Shown one piece after another: positions 25,847 through 39,271 of a stretch of DNA of 64,000 nt. Where the stretch lies: assembly GCA_951406725.2 (NCBI GenBank), contig OX597840.1, positions 36,952,001 to 37,016,000 on the forward strand. Direction: 5' to 3'. The stretch comes from Octopus vulgaris (lineage: Eukaryota). Below the pieces are notes generated by a model that did not search any database, had not been told where the DNA came from, and saw only the letters and a list, made by a program, of their open reading frames with translations. The position numbers were made by a program, and so were the translations under genes. Numbering within the stretch: the stretch's first letter is position 1; each line of letters opens with the position of its first letter.

Positions 25847-27059
25847 AAATATTCACCGCCACTTGCTGCCGTTATTTCTATCACCATCACTACAATCAAA
25901 TAGTACCAGAATAATAATGATAATGATCAGGAATATGATGATGATGATGATATTGATGACGACGATGTGACAAACTCAACACTTTCGCTACTTTTTGATG
26001 AAGAGCCTGTTGCTCAAAATATTAAATCATTCCCTTTCTTCGATGTAAAGAAATTTGTTTAAAATACCGTAATTCCCGTTATTTTATCTGCACTCACAGA
26101 AACAAAAGATGAAGCCAAAGATAGTCTGTGCAGCGTTTCAACTTATTAGAAACAACAGCCAAATCTCCCTCAAATTACACCGTTGACTTAAAAAAAGAGG
26201 AGCGGTACATTTTGGATAACGTGGGTTGGATTGATGGGGTAGTCATGGCAAGAATTAGGGCAGACAACCAGTACGGTCACCTTTAGTCATTGATGACTGA
26301 CAAAGGCCTAGTTGTTTCAGCTATCGAAAGACACCATCTCGCTCGCTAAGGGGGGCAGGTCAAAATCACCCCCCACACAATCAAAAAAGGATTTGATGTA
26401 ACGTGAAATGAAATGTTTTACTTTAGAATACTAGGCGCTGCCCGGTCTGGTAATCGAACCACCGATCTAGCGGTCGTGAGTGCAACACTAACTACTAAGC
26501 TATGCGCCTTCACACACACACATGTATGTATGTGTGTGTCCACTTATATATCAATGTTATATATTACATTCTATCTATCTTACTATACACTCCTCAAGTC
26601 TCTGTGTCACCCTCTCTGTATTATCATCAATGTCAGTCCTGTTTTCTCCAAGATCTCCAATCAACCAAACAAACAACGAAATCCATCTCTAAATTACAGT
26701 TTTACCAGTTCGTAAAAAGTAGTCATCAACATAGAGGGAAAAAGAAATGACGAGAAATTACATTACAAGGAAAGCAAAAAGAGTAAAGAAGAGATGACAT
26801 ACACAAACACACACACTTATGTAATGAGTAAACGAATAGAAAATACTTGGATAATATCCTTTATTGGTCGTATGCAACCAATATTTAGTGGGGGGTAGAT
26901 ATTAGATGTAGCAGGATTGCAAAGATACTAATATTAGCGATGTCGCTGTTGGCTGGCGAATATTTTTGATCAATATTGAAGTAGATTCATTATATTTTAT
27001 TAGGAAGTTACTTTCGTAAAGAAGACACCACTTAAAGCTCCGGAAAGCATCGTGTGTAT

Positions 27060-27065
27060 AGGATA

Positions 27066-27120
<55 letters not shown>

Positions 27121-27259
27121 ATGCATATAAATATAAACTATACATATAGATATATATAAATATCATTATACATATATAGATATATATATGATTATACATA
27201 CATATATATATATATATATCTATATAATTATACATATATATATGTAGACACATATATAC

Positions 27260-27306
<47 letters not shown>

Positions 27307-27331
27307 TGAATATATATATACACATAGATGC

Positions 27332-27368
<37 letters not shown>

Positions 27369-27477
27369 GTTGCATGCATATATATACACAGATGCATATA
27401 CATATATATATATACACATAGTTGCATGCATATATATACACAGATGCATATATATATATATATATATATATACATAG

Positions 27478-27536
<59 letters not shown>

Positions 27537-27580
27537 CATAGATGTATATATATATATGCATACATATATACATATACACA
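27060..27580. repeat. Compound (TA)n/(CA)n microsatellite with repeated catagttgcatgca units
   Basis: Directly visible. Confidence 0.95.
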
Positions 27581-28129
27581 TTGTCTGAGTCAGAAAATGT
27601 CAAGAGCTTGTATATTATGTAATGTAGTAGGTATATTACTTTACAATATTACAGTTTTAGTCTTATAACAGCCGATTCAAGTTACGGGACGGTTTCACGT
27701 AGAGTAAAGACAAATTAACAAACATGTAATTTGTTTAAAAGGAAGGGAATAGTTTTAGCTATTTTTTGGTCAAGTTCTAAGTCCCTGAAAATAAGTGTAA
27801 AATTATCAGTGTAACACATTTTGTAAAATGCAGAATTAAATTATGGATTAAATGCCAAAAATACAATGAAAAACATTGTATATATGTAGATATGAAAGTA
27901 CAGATTGATAAATATATATGTTTTACACACGCGTGTGTATGTGTGTAAAGCCTTCTAAACTGAAGTATTCATCTCGAGAAAGCTTTTATTATTGACATAA
28001 AGTTTTAATAACAAAGAAATATATCAGCAGAAGGCGAAAACTCTGTAGCAGCGACAGAATCATTGGAGAATCCAGATCATAATTAGCAAAGGTCGGGATA
28101 CATCGACCTAAAGTTCGAGTATTAGGACA

Positions 28130-28520
28130 TTCGTTTAGCAAGCCAATATCGCTTGCAGGTAACAAGTGATTGAAATGTCACGGAAACATAATGTAGCCGG
28201 CAGGCTGAAGAAACATTCGTTGTTAGCGACGAAAGACGTTTTCAAATCCGCAATTTGTACGTCGCACGTAATTCATATACATCCAATGGTATGCTTGTTG
28301 CTAATTTGAACTCCCAGCCAGTAAGAAAAGTGCAACATTAATAATCTATCAATCACTGTTTAACCACATCAACTAGCGACCAATTTTCACTCAGAATGAT
28401 TTATCGGTTGTTACCTTCCTCTGATGAAGCGCAAAGAAGCAGAAACCCGATTCCAGACACACAACCACTATTGCTGTGAAATGATTTTTATATGCTGCTT
28501 ACATATTTTTGTGCTTTAAA
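28130..28520 (+). mobile_element. Possible PLE 3' remnant with a degenerate hammerhead
   Basis: ctgatga...gaaac at ~28421-28446 following decayed coding-like sequence. Confidence 0.3.
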
Positions 28521-28671
28521 CAGTATCATGTGTAAAAAATACCACCGTTTAGAAGACTTTCCACAGTCTATGGGTTTTGAGTACGAAATATCGATTACTT
28601 ATTAGAACTAATATTATTTCTGTCGCCAATAATGAACATATGTATGCATATATGTATTCACACACATACAC

Positions 28672-28718
<47 letters not shown>

Positions 28719-28741
28719 CCCTGGATGGAATTTATGTTTTA

Positions 28742-28789
<48 letters not shown>

Positions 28790-29129
28790 CTGTGTGTACG
28801 TAGGTATTTGTATATGTGTATTAGTCATTCGTTTATTACTTTCTACCTACTAGTAACTAACTTAACTCCATTTAACCTCCATGATATTATGCTAGATTGA
28901 GCTACTAACTCATAAACCCTTTACGCAACCTTCTAAAATTATCTCTCATCATACAATTGAATCATTAACACATATTTTTTAGAACCTCATAAATTATACG
29001 TGTCGCAGTAACTCCCCTCGCTACCTAAATGAACAATTTTGCTAGTCAGGATTCACGTTACGTAAGATATTAGAGCGTTACTAAATCCATGGATAACAAT
29101 GCTACACATCCAGCCCGCTACTACTCAGA

Positions 29130-29600
29130 AATTAGTCATAAAAATACACTAGTGGTCTCCCTTTCACTTCCTGTTAAGTCTAACATCGGGAAAGCTTTCT
29201 AACATTAATAGAAAAACACTTTCCACGCGTCCATAAATATGGAAAACTTTTAAATTCGGATAAACTTAAAATTAGCAACAGTTATACCAGAAACTGAAAT
29301 AATATAATATCCAATAAATATGAAGCTATATACTAAGGGAGATAGCTCCATCCATTCCCACCATATTTGATTTACAACACTGATGCTATGGTTTGTGTTA
29401 CGTATATGAAACAGCTTCGACTTGATACGTAAATGCTATATAGATGTAGTGAAGAAAAAGTCCAGTAGAAAATCTACTGAGGGACTACCTCTTTTGATAT
29501 AGAAGAATTAATTTACAATGCTCGGCACTGACAAATGCTTTCATTGCACAGCAGAAAACACCTGCAAAATCATGATTGCTATTTTAGCACAAGGCCTGGG
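29130..29600 (+). mobile_element. Penelope-like element linker and GIY-YIG remnant
   Basis: PFSLPVKSNIGKAF.TLIEKHFPRVHKYGKLLNSDKLKISNSYTRN matches the PLE WFNPPFS..V.TNIG..FL.LI.KHFP motif; followed by ELIYNA...TAENT. Confidence 0.75.
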
Positions 29601-30400
29601 GCATTGAGGAATTGCAAACGCTTTGTGAAGCATTAGTTTATGTAATTAGGACACAGATTTTGTCCTATCTCCCATAACATGCATACGTGAGGATATACGT
29701 ATGTGCTATGTTTTACTTTTCACCTGTATTTTTTATATAATATCTGTTCTTGCTGTTTACTTTTTAAAATTTATCTCCCCTTATTTCACGCGTTTTATAT
29801 TTATTTCTCATACGACCTACATCTTTGCATTTACACCTTTGTTTTATTTTATTTTTTTTGTATATTTTTCCTGTATTTCTTAAAATAGATGTGATTCATT
29901 TTACTGTTGAGAGGAAATAACTCATTTCTAGTATGTCGGTGCTGTGATCCCTAAGGGAAATAGAAACGGTTAGAATTGATAAAATTCTTTTGTGATAGTC
30001 TAAAGTAAGTAAAGACGTGATGATATCATTATTATTACTATAAATCATTATTACGAAGCACAACATGTGTGAATGTGTGCATGTATGCTTGCGTATGCAC
30101 ATATAAATATTTACAAGCTGCAGCAAAAATTCACGCTTTTACAAACCGCTCTAATCTCACATTGGAACGCAGTAATAGTGCACATTCCCGGTCCTTTACG
30201 GACTCACGCAGATGTATTCGCATACACACATAGAACTACATACATAGAGACGCACACACACACGTATAGCTATATATATATATATACACATATACATTTA
30301 TATTTAAATACATAACTACATACATATGTATTTAACGTATAATAACTATTTGTACATATGTATATGTTTCTATCTACCTGTTTGTCCCACTATCTATCTG

Positions 30401-31036
30401 CCTTCCTTCAAACGGGAAGGAAGAGCTATTTTCATCATCCTTGTGGCTATGGCAAAAGAATGTATCTGGTGGACGCGTCTGAAAGGATTGGAGACAAACA
30501 CTTTCCTCTCTGGTTAATCTCTCATCAACTTCTTCAAGTACCACTTGAAAAGGAAAGTGAGAGTAGAGAGGCAAGTGTTGTCTAGCGAACGTTTTAAAAA
30601 GATGGGTGAATGTAGCAAGGATGGCACGTATGAATGACGAAGCCACCTTGAGCATTATCCTATGAACCCAGAAATTGAAAACAGGGTTACCCACTTGCAA
30701 ACAAATGTGGTAACATAACAATATTGACTGAGGTTACCGTGGTCTTTTTCGTAGGCTTTTCTTCCCACGGATAAACCTTATCTGCTTCCCCCGTTACACC
30801 GTACACCATGACACTGTGATACACGATCCCTATTGATCGTTTTTTTCCTCTTCCCCTTTTTTCCTCTTTTTTTTTCTTTTTTCTTTTCTTTTCTTTCTTT
30901 TCCTTTTTTCTTTTTTCCCTTTTACGATCCCTTTTGATCGAAAACCTACGCCACTTTTTTTTTTCATCCCCCAAAAGAAAATCTACCTTGTAATTTGTCC
31001 CATCTGCGTGCAGCCCTGTGTGGCCAATAAAGAAAC
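30401..31036 (+). mobile_element. Tx1/L1-clade LINE 3' end inserted in (TATC)n
   Basis: PSFKREGRAIFIILVAMAKECIWWTRLKGLETNTFLSG*SLINFFKYHLKRKVRVERQVLSSERF; U-rich 3' UTR ending gccctgtgtggccaataaagaaac; TATC repeats on both sides. Confidence 0.8.
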
Positions 31037-31119
31037 TTATCTATTTATCTATCTATCTGTCTGTCTGTCTATCTATCCATCTATCTATCTGCCTATCTAT
31101 CTATTTATCTATCTATCTA

Positions 31120-31155
<36 letters not shown>

Positions 31156-32375
31156 TCTCTCACTCTTACTCTCTCTATATATATATAACGCACATACACA
31201 CACATATACACACGCACATACTCACAAGCAGACACATATATACACACGCACACTCAAATGAGCCCACACATACCTCCCATACACACACACACACACATAC
31301 ACACACACACACACACATACCTCCTTCTCTTGCACTCTTCTGTCTCTGAAAGAACTATTTACCTATTGGTTATCCACCTATTGTTTTAGCCCTAAATATA
31401 CACATATATTGACATTTTTTCTGAGTTTTCAGATTTTTTTATATATGCTAGGCTATTGGTTTTAAATTGATATTAATTAAATTAATTTTCAATTTATCTC
31501 CCTCATTATTTAAATTTATATATATAGGTATATAACTATATGTATATAAGAATATATATATACTTAATATTTATATATGAATATAAATATTTATATATCA
31601 ATACGTATATAAATATATATATATGTATATATACATGTATACATACATATATATATATATATATATGAATAGATATATATGAATATATACATATGAGTAT
31701 ATATATATACATATATGAATATATATATATATATAATAAAACATATATATATCTTCCTATATATGAATATATTCATATATGCACACATGTATACACACAC
31801 ACGTACATACATATATAGACATATACATAGATACATACATAAATACATCCATCCATCCATATATTGTAAACGTGCGTATGTGTGCTCGTGTATTGTGATG
31901 TGGTGGAAGTGGCTTAAAATTTATATTTAAATGTTCTGCTACCTTATTATCTGATTGGCCAATCTGTAGCCTAAAGATAAAGATCTAACATGGAAATCTA
32001 GACTAATTATTTTCCACTTTTATTTATTTTTTTTCTTTCGTCTGTTTGATGTAATTTACTTTTTTTCCGTTCGATTTCATATCAGACAAGCTATGAGCAG
32101 AAACAATAAATAAATGAATAATTTCATAAATATAGTCATTAAGAAATATATTCAGAAATACAGATGCAGAAATATATAAAACGTTGAAAAGCGTAATATA
32201 TATAATATGAAAACGGAGGAATAAATTGAGAGAGAAAAAAAAAATTACAAGACAATGAAGTGTGAATTGTACTTTCCTGTGATTAGCAATTAAGCAAAAT
32301 AGGATACCGCTAAGATTTGCTGTCTTGGTTACCATAAATCCCAGATTGTTAAATGCGATACAAAATAATGATTAC

Positions 32376-32387
32376 CTGCGAGTGTTG
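32376..32387 (-). other. Candidate 12-nt microexon
   Basis: Minus strand: tcacgtctctttgttttttcctttattctttag|CAACACTCGCAG|gtaatc. Confidence 0.35.
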
Positions 32388-32709
32388 CTAAAGAATAAAG
32401 GAAAAAACAAAGAGACGTGATGTGGTGTTCTGTAGTCAAGGTGTGCGTCTATGGTAATTTATTATTTGCCGTTGTTTGCCAGGAATTATGCAAAGAAAAG
32501 GTTTAGCAAGGAAAATGTAACATTTGTCATTATCGTTAGAAAATGTTATCGTGTGGTCAGATGTGCTGACGGCAAATATTGTTCTATTGATATAGTTTCA
32601 AAGACAGGAAAAATACGATTATGTCAAATATTGTCGGTTGCTATGGTTAACAACAATGTCATGGCTTGTCGATAGAAACGGAACATTAGTGGTTAAGGTT
32701 ACCAAATAT

Positions 32710-33035
32710 ATTGGTTTTAAATTTTGCCAAAAGGCCAGCAAATTCTGTGTGAGTGTATAAGTTGATGACATCAACCCCAATATCCAACTGGTAATTATTT
32801 TATCGACACCGAATGATGAAATGCAAAGTCGACCTCGGCGGAATTTATTAGGTGTGAGGGTATAAGTTGATTACGGCGACCCCAATATCCAACTGGTAAT
32901 TATTTTATCGACCCCGAAGGATGAAAGGCAAAGTCGACCTCGGTGGAATTTGAACTCAGAATGTAAAGACGGACAAAATGCTGCTAAGCATTTTTGCCTG
33001 GCGCGGTAACCATTTTGCCAGCTCGCAGCCTTCAG
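32710..33035 (-). mobile_element. SINE family C with partial internal duplication and 13-bp TSD
   Basis: TSD ggttaccaaatat at 32697-32709 and 33036-33048; body duplicated (~32750-32845 and ~32855-32950). Confidence 0.85.
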
Positions 33036-33671
33036 GGTTACCAAATATTATGCTATTTTGATAAACGTAACATTGGTTGTTAAAGTTACCTAGTATTGTG
33101 GCATATTGTTAAGCACGTAACTTTGGTTGCTACGTTTACATGGGTGGGGAGGGGTCATGTGATATAATAAAACCCCGCAACCTTTGGTTCGTTTTTCCTC
33201 GTGGTTTGATAACTCTTTATGATTGGTAGCTGTCATACCATTTCATGTTTTGGTCACCAAAAATTATTTTGTTTTAATGTGATGAAGCAAACAACACATA
33301 ATGTTTTGCTGCCTCCCTTAAACATTTATTTTTGGTTGGACGTATTTCTTCTGACTCTTTACGCTCTGAGTTCAAATCCCGCTGAAGTCATCTATTCTGG
33401 TCATCGTTTCGGAGTCAACAAAATGAAGTACCATTCAAGTAATGCTCTCAACAGAATCGGTTCAGCCCTATTTTGAGAACCCGGGCTTTAGTGTTATTAT
33501 TGGATTCAAATTTCGGCACAAGGTCAGAAAATCCTGGGGGCGGTTTATTTTATCGATCCTGTGCCTAAGAGGTGTTTGTTTTATCAACCCTGAAAGGGAC
33601 GACAAGCAAAGTCGACCCCAAAGGAAGCGTGGTAACACATTATTATTATCGGTAATAAGGCAGCGAGCTGC

Positions 33672-34260
33672 CGTGTAAGCGATAAACATACGCTATGTAT
33701 ATGTGATTGATAATGTTTATATATACATATATGCATATATATTATATATATATTTATATGTGTATACGCATGTATATTATTGGAGTGAGAGAGAGAGAGA
33801 GAAATTGAAAGTGAAACATAGACAAGAAGTTCAATATACTTAATGCAGTGTTATGTTAGGGAGGAATAGTTGCTAGTTTTGTTAGTCTTCTTCGCACCTG
33901 ATCTGATAACTCACTGATAAAATGAAAAAGGTTCCACTAATGACCTCCCCTCCTTTTCCTTTTTCCCCAGACCATTGATTTATTTACTTTCGAGGTGTTT
34001 CGAGTGCATAGCAACGATGAATCACAATGCGGGAGATATATTGACATGTATCATTGTTGATCATATCGAAGTGGGTTGCTCCGGCTGGTCTGGGATATTC
34101 AATGTCCTGTAACACTTGGCTTCATCTTGGGACCCCCCACCCCACTAAGACGCTATCCAGCAGCGGATGGGCGTATAAAGAAAACACAGACTACGCATAT
34201 GCGGTCGATAATGTCAGCGTTATTTGAGCTGCTTTTAAATAATAATAATAATAATGATAA
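33672..34260. repeat. Local direct duplication, copy 1 (~590 bp)
   Basis: Colinear and highly similar to 37863-38485. Confidence 0.92.
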
Positions 34261-36037
34261 TAAAAGTAAATATATGTACGTACGTGTGTATATATGTATG
34301 TATGTGTATATGTGTGTATGTGTGTGTGCGTGATTGCGTGTATGCATGTATTGATAGTTATGTAGGTAGGTGTGAACAATCAAAAGAAAGCGACACTTAA
34401 AGAGTAGTATTTGATAATAATTTGACTGATTCAGTCCCATGTTACGTTTGAAAATGTAAATACATATTTATGGTTATGAAGTTTTTAGCTATGTGGAGCA
34501 GGGACAGTGTATTATTATTATTATTATTATTTTTTTTATTATTATTATTATTATTGCTTCCAAAGTGGACGGACGTGTTTTCCCGAAGCTGCGGACCATT
34601 TCTGTTTGAAAATTTATTATAACTTGAAATATTTTTATATATTTGTGTAGCGAAGCCGACTAAACTCTTGCACAGCCGTTGAACTGAGACTACTAAAAGA
34701 ATAAAAGAATAAAGAATATGTACACACACGCACGCACGCACGCACACACACACACACAAAAGTATATACGTATGTATGTATATGATCAACTTCTAATTGC
34801 TCCATTTCTTTTCTTATCTCAATATATTAAACCACAGTTTACCATTTCAGTTACCAACTACTGTTAATCTTACAGCAAGGCCTATACATAGTTAGGTAAT
34901 GCACCAGTAGTGCCCACGGATACATTCATCCCTTAGACGGTTTCATAACCATTAACTTATAATTTATATATATCCATTTATATATGATACTTAAAATATA
35001 TACTCAGTTGACAGGCAAGATACTGCGCTTTTTGTCCGAGGTTAAATCACTTATAGATGTGTTACACTGGAAATTTGATGTGACATGATGTACACTGCAC
35101 AGTTTCTGTCTTCCAAATCCCTTTCCTAAATTTCTGCTCCATACTTGTCTAATCTATAATAAAAATTGCAGTCTAAACGTGCCACACAATGGAATCGAAC
35201 TCGAGACCACGTTGTTTGAAAGGAAATATTTCCAACCACACATCTCTACATGCTACTGCTGTGTGTTTAACTGTTGTGTATTTAATCTCGGCTGCTTCTC
35301 TATCAACGAAGATTTTTCTCTGTTTGTACTTGCCACGCTACAACACTGCAAATGACAATATCAAAGCTTAAACATTCGATTCTATTTTGTTCCGTTCCAT
35401 CTGCGGCATGCTGGTTTTACATAAATGGTATTTGCATGCTTATTGTATTCCATTTTAATTCAATCCGTTCCTGTCAAGTAGACATACCTCATGTGGTAAA
35501 ATAAAAAGAAAACATCCTCCCCCAAATACCGTGCTGAGTGCCAAATGTGGAGGTTTTTAATTTTGAAATGACAGATACCAAACAACATTAAGAATCAACG
35601 TTTTCCATGTCAGCCGTCATCGATGTAAAATGTCTCTATAATAATAACGTGACTTGTTCAATGGAGAAAACTGGAATTTCCTTTAATATGTTTCTCTGTT
35701 CACGTAGAAAATTGGAGAAAAAGCCGAGCGCTCCATGATTTAAATATTGAAAGACAAGACAACATTTTCACTTACGAAAAACAGCTTGGAGGTTGTTGCT
35801 GGAATAGTGAGACAATGGCAGATAAAAGGAGTGTGAGAGCTAGAGGGAAAGAGAGAGAGAGAGACGGTAGATGAATGAGAGGGAAAGAGAGAAGGAGAGA
35901 GAGAGACAGAGAGGCTGAGAGGGAGAACGATAAATATTAAACGCAGGAAGATTTGTGTTACATATGAATTTGAAGAATATCATAATATACGTACATATAC
36001 TAACACATGCATGCAACCACCGGCACACACACACACA

Positions 36038-36039
<2 letters not shown>

Positions 36040-36079
<40 letters not shown>

Positions 36080-36154
36080 AATACATACATATATCTATAT
36101 ATATATATATATATATGCAAATACATACATACATATATATATATATATATGCAA

Positions 36155-36197
<43 letters not shown>

Positions 36198-36230
36198 AAT
36201 ACATATATATATATATATATATATATGCAA

Positions 36231-36264
<34 letters not shown>

Positions 36265-36268
36265 GCAA

Positions 36269-36306
<38 letters not shown>

Positions 36307-36310
36307 GCAA

Positions 36311-36342
<32 letters not shown>

Positions 36343-36346
36343 GCAA

Positions 36347-36382
<36 letters not shown>

Positions 36383-36386
36383 GCAA

Positions 36387-36421
<35 letters not shown>

Positions 36422-36462
36422 CAAATACATACATATATCTATATATATATATATATATGCAA

Positions 36463-36505
<43 letters not shown>

Positions 36506-36538
36506 AATACATACATATATATATATATATATATGCAA

Positions 36539-36571
<33 letters not shown>

Positions 36572-36575
36572 GCAA

Positions 36576-36609
<34 letters not shown>

Positions 36610-36613
36610 GCAA

Positions 36614-36645
<32 letters not shown>

Positions 36646-36683
36646 GCAAATACATACATACATATATATATATATATATGCAA

Positions 36684-36717
<34 letters not shown>

Positions 36718-36721
36718 GCAA

Positions 36722-36758
<37 letters not shown>

Positions 36759-36761
36759 CAA

Positions 36762-36802
<41 letters not shown>

Positions 36803-36845
36803 AATACATACATATATATACAAATACATATATATATATATATTC
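36040..36845. repeat. Minisatellite [GCAAATACATACATAC(AT)n]
   Basis: More than 20 units of ~30-40 bp; source of the long spurious YI-rich ORFs. Confidence 0.95.
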
Positions 36846-37486
36846 GCACGCATGCATATACACATATATATATTTCTTTTCTTTCCTACACACAGCCGCA
36901 GTCGCATACAAAAAGAGACGAGAGAAAAAAAGCCAAAAGCTATTTGAAATTTTCATTAAAAATGTGCGTACGAAAATATTTCATTTGATTCTAATATTTG
37001 AAATTATGTGCAAAGGATTCTAAATCTAATATGGCTGGCTGCGACACAGAATTCTGGAGAGTATTTCAATAAAAGCTAAGTGATTCAAAAATATTCCTCA
37101 GGTTACATTCCTGTTGTATATAACATACGCAAATCACACAAACAGAGAAACATAAAAGCTAAAAGACATTCTCACAAAAACATCACAGTCCCACACATAC
37201 ACACACGCACTCACATACATCGACGTGAAGCCGAGCTGCACGCACAGGCCAGGCGTAGCCACAATCACGGAAATACGGTTACATACGGAAAGTATTGAAT
37301 ATTGTTAGAATAAAGCAGAGCGGTATTGTTCGCTTTAAAAATATATTCTATACCCGGGAGCAATAATATATTCAATTATGTAAATTTATATCATAGTTAA
37401 GATTTATAAGGCAAATTAGCGGTTCATCAACAATGCATGCTTCTGCGATTTTTTTAAACCGAACGAATTGCAACAATCCACATACA

Positions 37487-37529
<43 letters not shown>

Positions 37530-37806
37530 TTATATATATTCATAACTATGGATATGCATATTTGGATAGTTGCAAATGAAATATATAATGTGTATATGTA
37601 TATATTGTATGCATTTGCACAGACATGTACACACACACACACACATATATTTATTCAGTAATAATAAATATATTATACTCTCCTGTTTTCTAATGAATAC
37701 CGAATCACAAATAAATACCCGTATATACAAGTGTTGTGTGTATATATACATATATCTTAATGTAATACACTCTACGTTTTGTGGCAGCGTGTGCGTGCGT
37801 GCTTTG

Positions 37807-37837
<31 letters not shown>

Positions 37838-37862
37838 AATGTATATATCTCAACGCATCTGG

Positions 37863-37905
37863 CGTGTAAGCAATAAACATACACTATGTATATGCGACTG
37901 ATAAT

Positions 37906-37942
<37 letters not shown>

Positions 37943-38485
37943 TGTATATGCGTATACATATATGTATATTATTGGAGTGAGGGAAAGAGAAAGAAAGAAA
38001 GAGAGAAATTGACTGACATTGAAAGATAGACAAGAAGTTCAATATACTTAATGCAGTGTTATGTTAGAGAGGAATAGTTGCTAGTTTTGTTAGCCTTCTT
38101 CGCACCTGGCCTGAAAACTCACTGATAAAAAGAAAAAGGTTCCACTAATGACCTTCCCTCCTTTTCCTTTTCCCCCAGACCGTTGATTTATTTACTTTCG
38201 AGGTGTTTCGAGTGCATAGCAACGAGGAATGACAATGCGGGAGATATATTGACAGGTATCATTGTTGATCATATCGAAGCGGGTTGCTTCGGCTGGTCTG
38301 GGATATTCAATGTCCTGTAACACTCGGCTGCATCTTGGGACCCACCCCACCACCACCAGGACGCTATCCAGCGGCGTTTGGGCGTATAAAGAAAACACAG
38401 ACTATGCATATGCGGTTGATAATGTCAGCGTTATTTGAGCTGCTTTTAGATAATAATGATAATAATAATAATAATAATAATAATA
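37863..38485. repeat. Local direct duplication, copy 2
   Basis: Colinear with 33672-34260. Confidence 0.92.
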
Positions 38486-38489
38486 TAAA

Positions 38490-38952
38490 AGAAGGGCTAC
38501 AGCAAATATTCTGTTCAATACCACAGATTTGCTTGTCAGTTGTTTGACATTAACCAGTTGTGCATGTCCCTTGGTGGCTGACGATATGTGCATCTCTGAT
38601 CACGAGCAGAAGTAGTGGGGGAGCATCATAGCCATGTGTTGTGAGTGATTCTTTTGGGTTTGAATAATTCACCTCTGGAAACATGGGTGGTGCCTTCAAC
38701 ATACTTAAACAATTCTTATTCAGGGACCTTTTGAGCGGGCTGGGCTACTCGACCAGAAGAACATTCTAACTGGGCCCCACCCGCAAGGTCATGCGCTGTT
38801 TATCTTGATATGAGATCACCAGGTCGCGTACAAATGGTTGTGATGCATGTGCCTGGTGTACCCTTATCAGACGGGTAGTCATGATGGGTATACTGGGCTT
38901 CGTATATTTTACCCTAGTGTCACTTTGATGGCATGCACTGCTCTCTCATTCA
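38490..38952 (+). mobile_element. Probable retroposon 3' fragment inserted in (TAA)n
   Basis: GC-richer block bounded by TAA repeats on both sides and absent at the homologous site of duplicate copy 1. Confidence 0.6.
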
Positions 38953-39271
38953 AAAATAATAATAGTAATAATAATAATTTGCGCGTGTAATCTGGAAATG
39001 CATACAATAGATTATTGACCAATATACTCTCTGATATAACAGAAGGACTAACAGTCAAGGTTGGAACGTCTTTCCCCACAAGTAGCTTAGCGTGATCAGA
39101 GTTGATCTGGGGCGAAATATAAAGAACATAAAAGACACTACAGAGTCATTGTGTTCTCTGGTTTGAACGCTTTTGTAGTTTTCTACATATTTCAAGAATA
39201 GAAATTAAATAAATTAAAATAAACTAAGCAAAAAGTTAATACGTAATTAACCCACGATATACACGTTTGAA

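Noticed and set aside
33988-34106. Minus-strand mutually exclusive exon pair within the duplication
   Set aside because: The acceptor lacks a pyrimidine tract, the donor is weak, and no protein is recognisable.
35955-37023. Long ORFs of 205-338 aa
   Set aside because: YI/HT-rich translations of a minisatellite, open in most frames.
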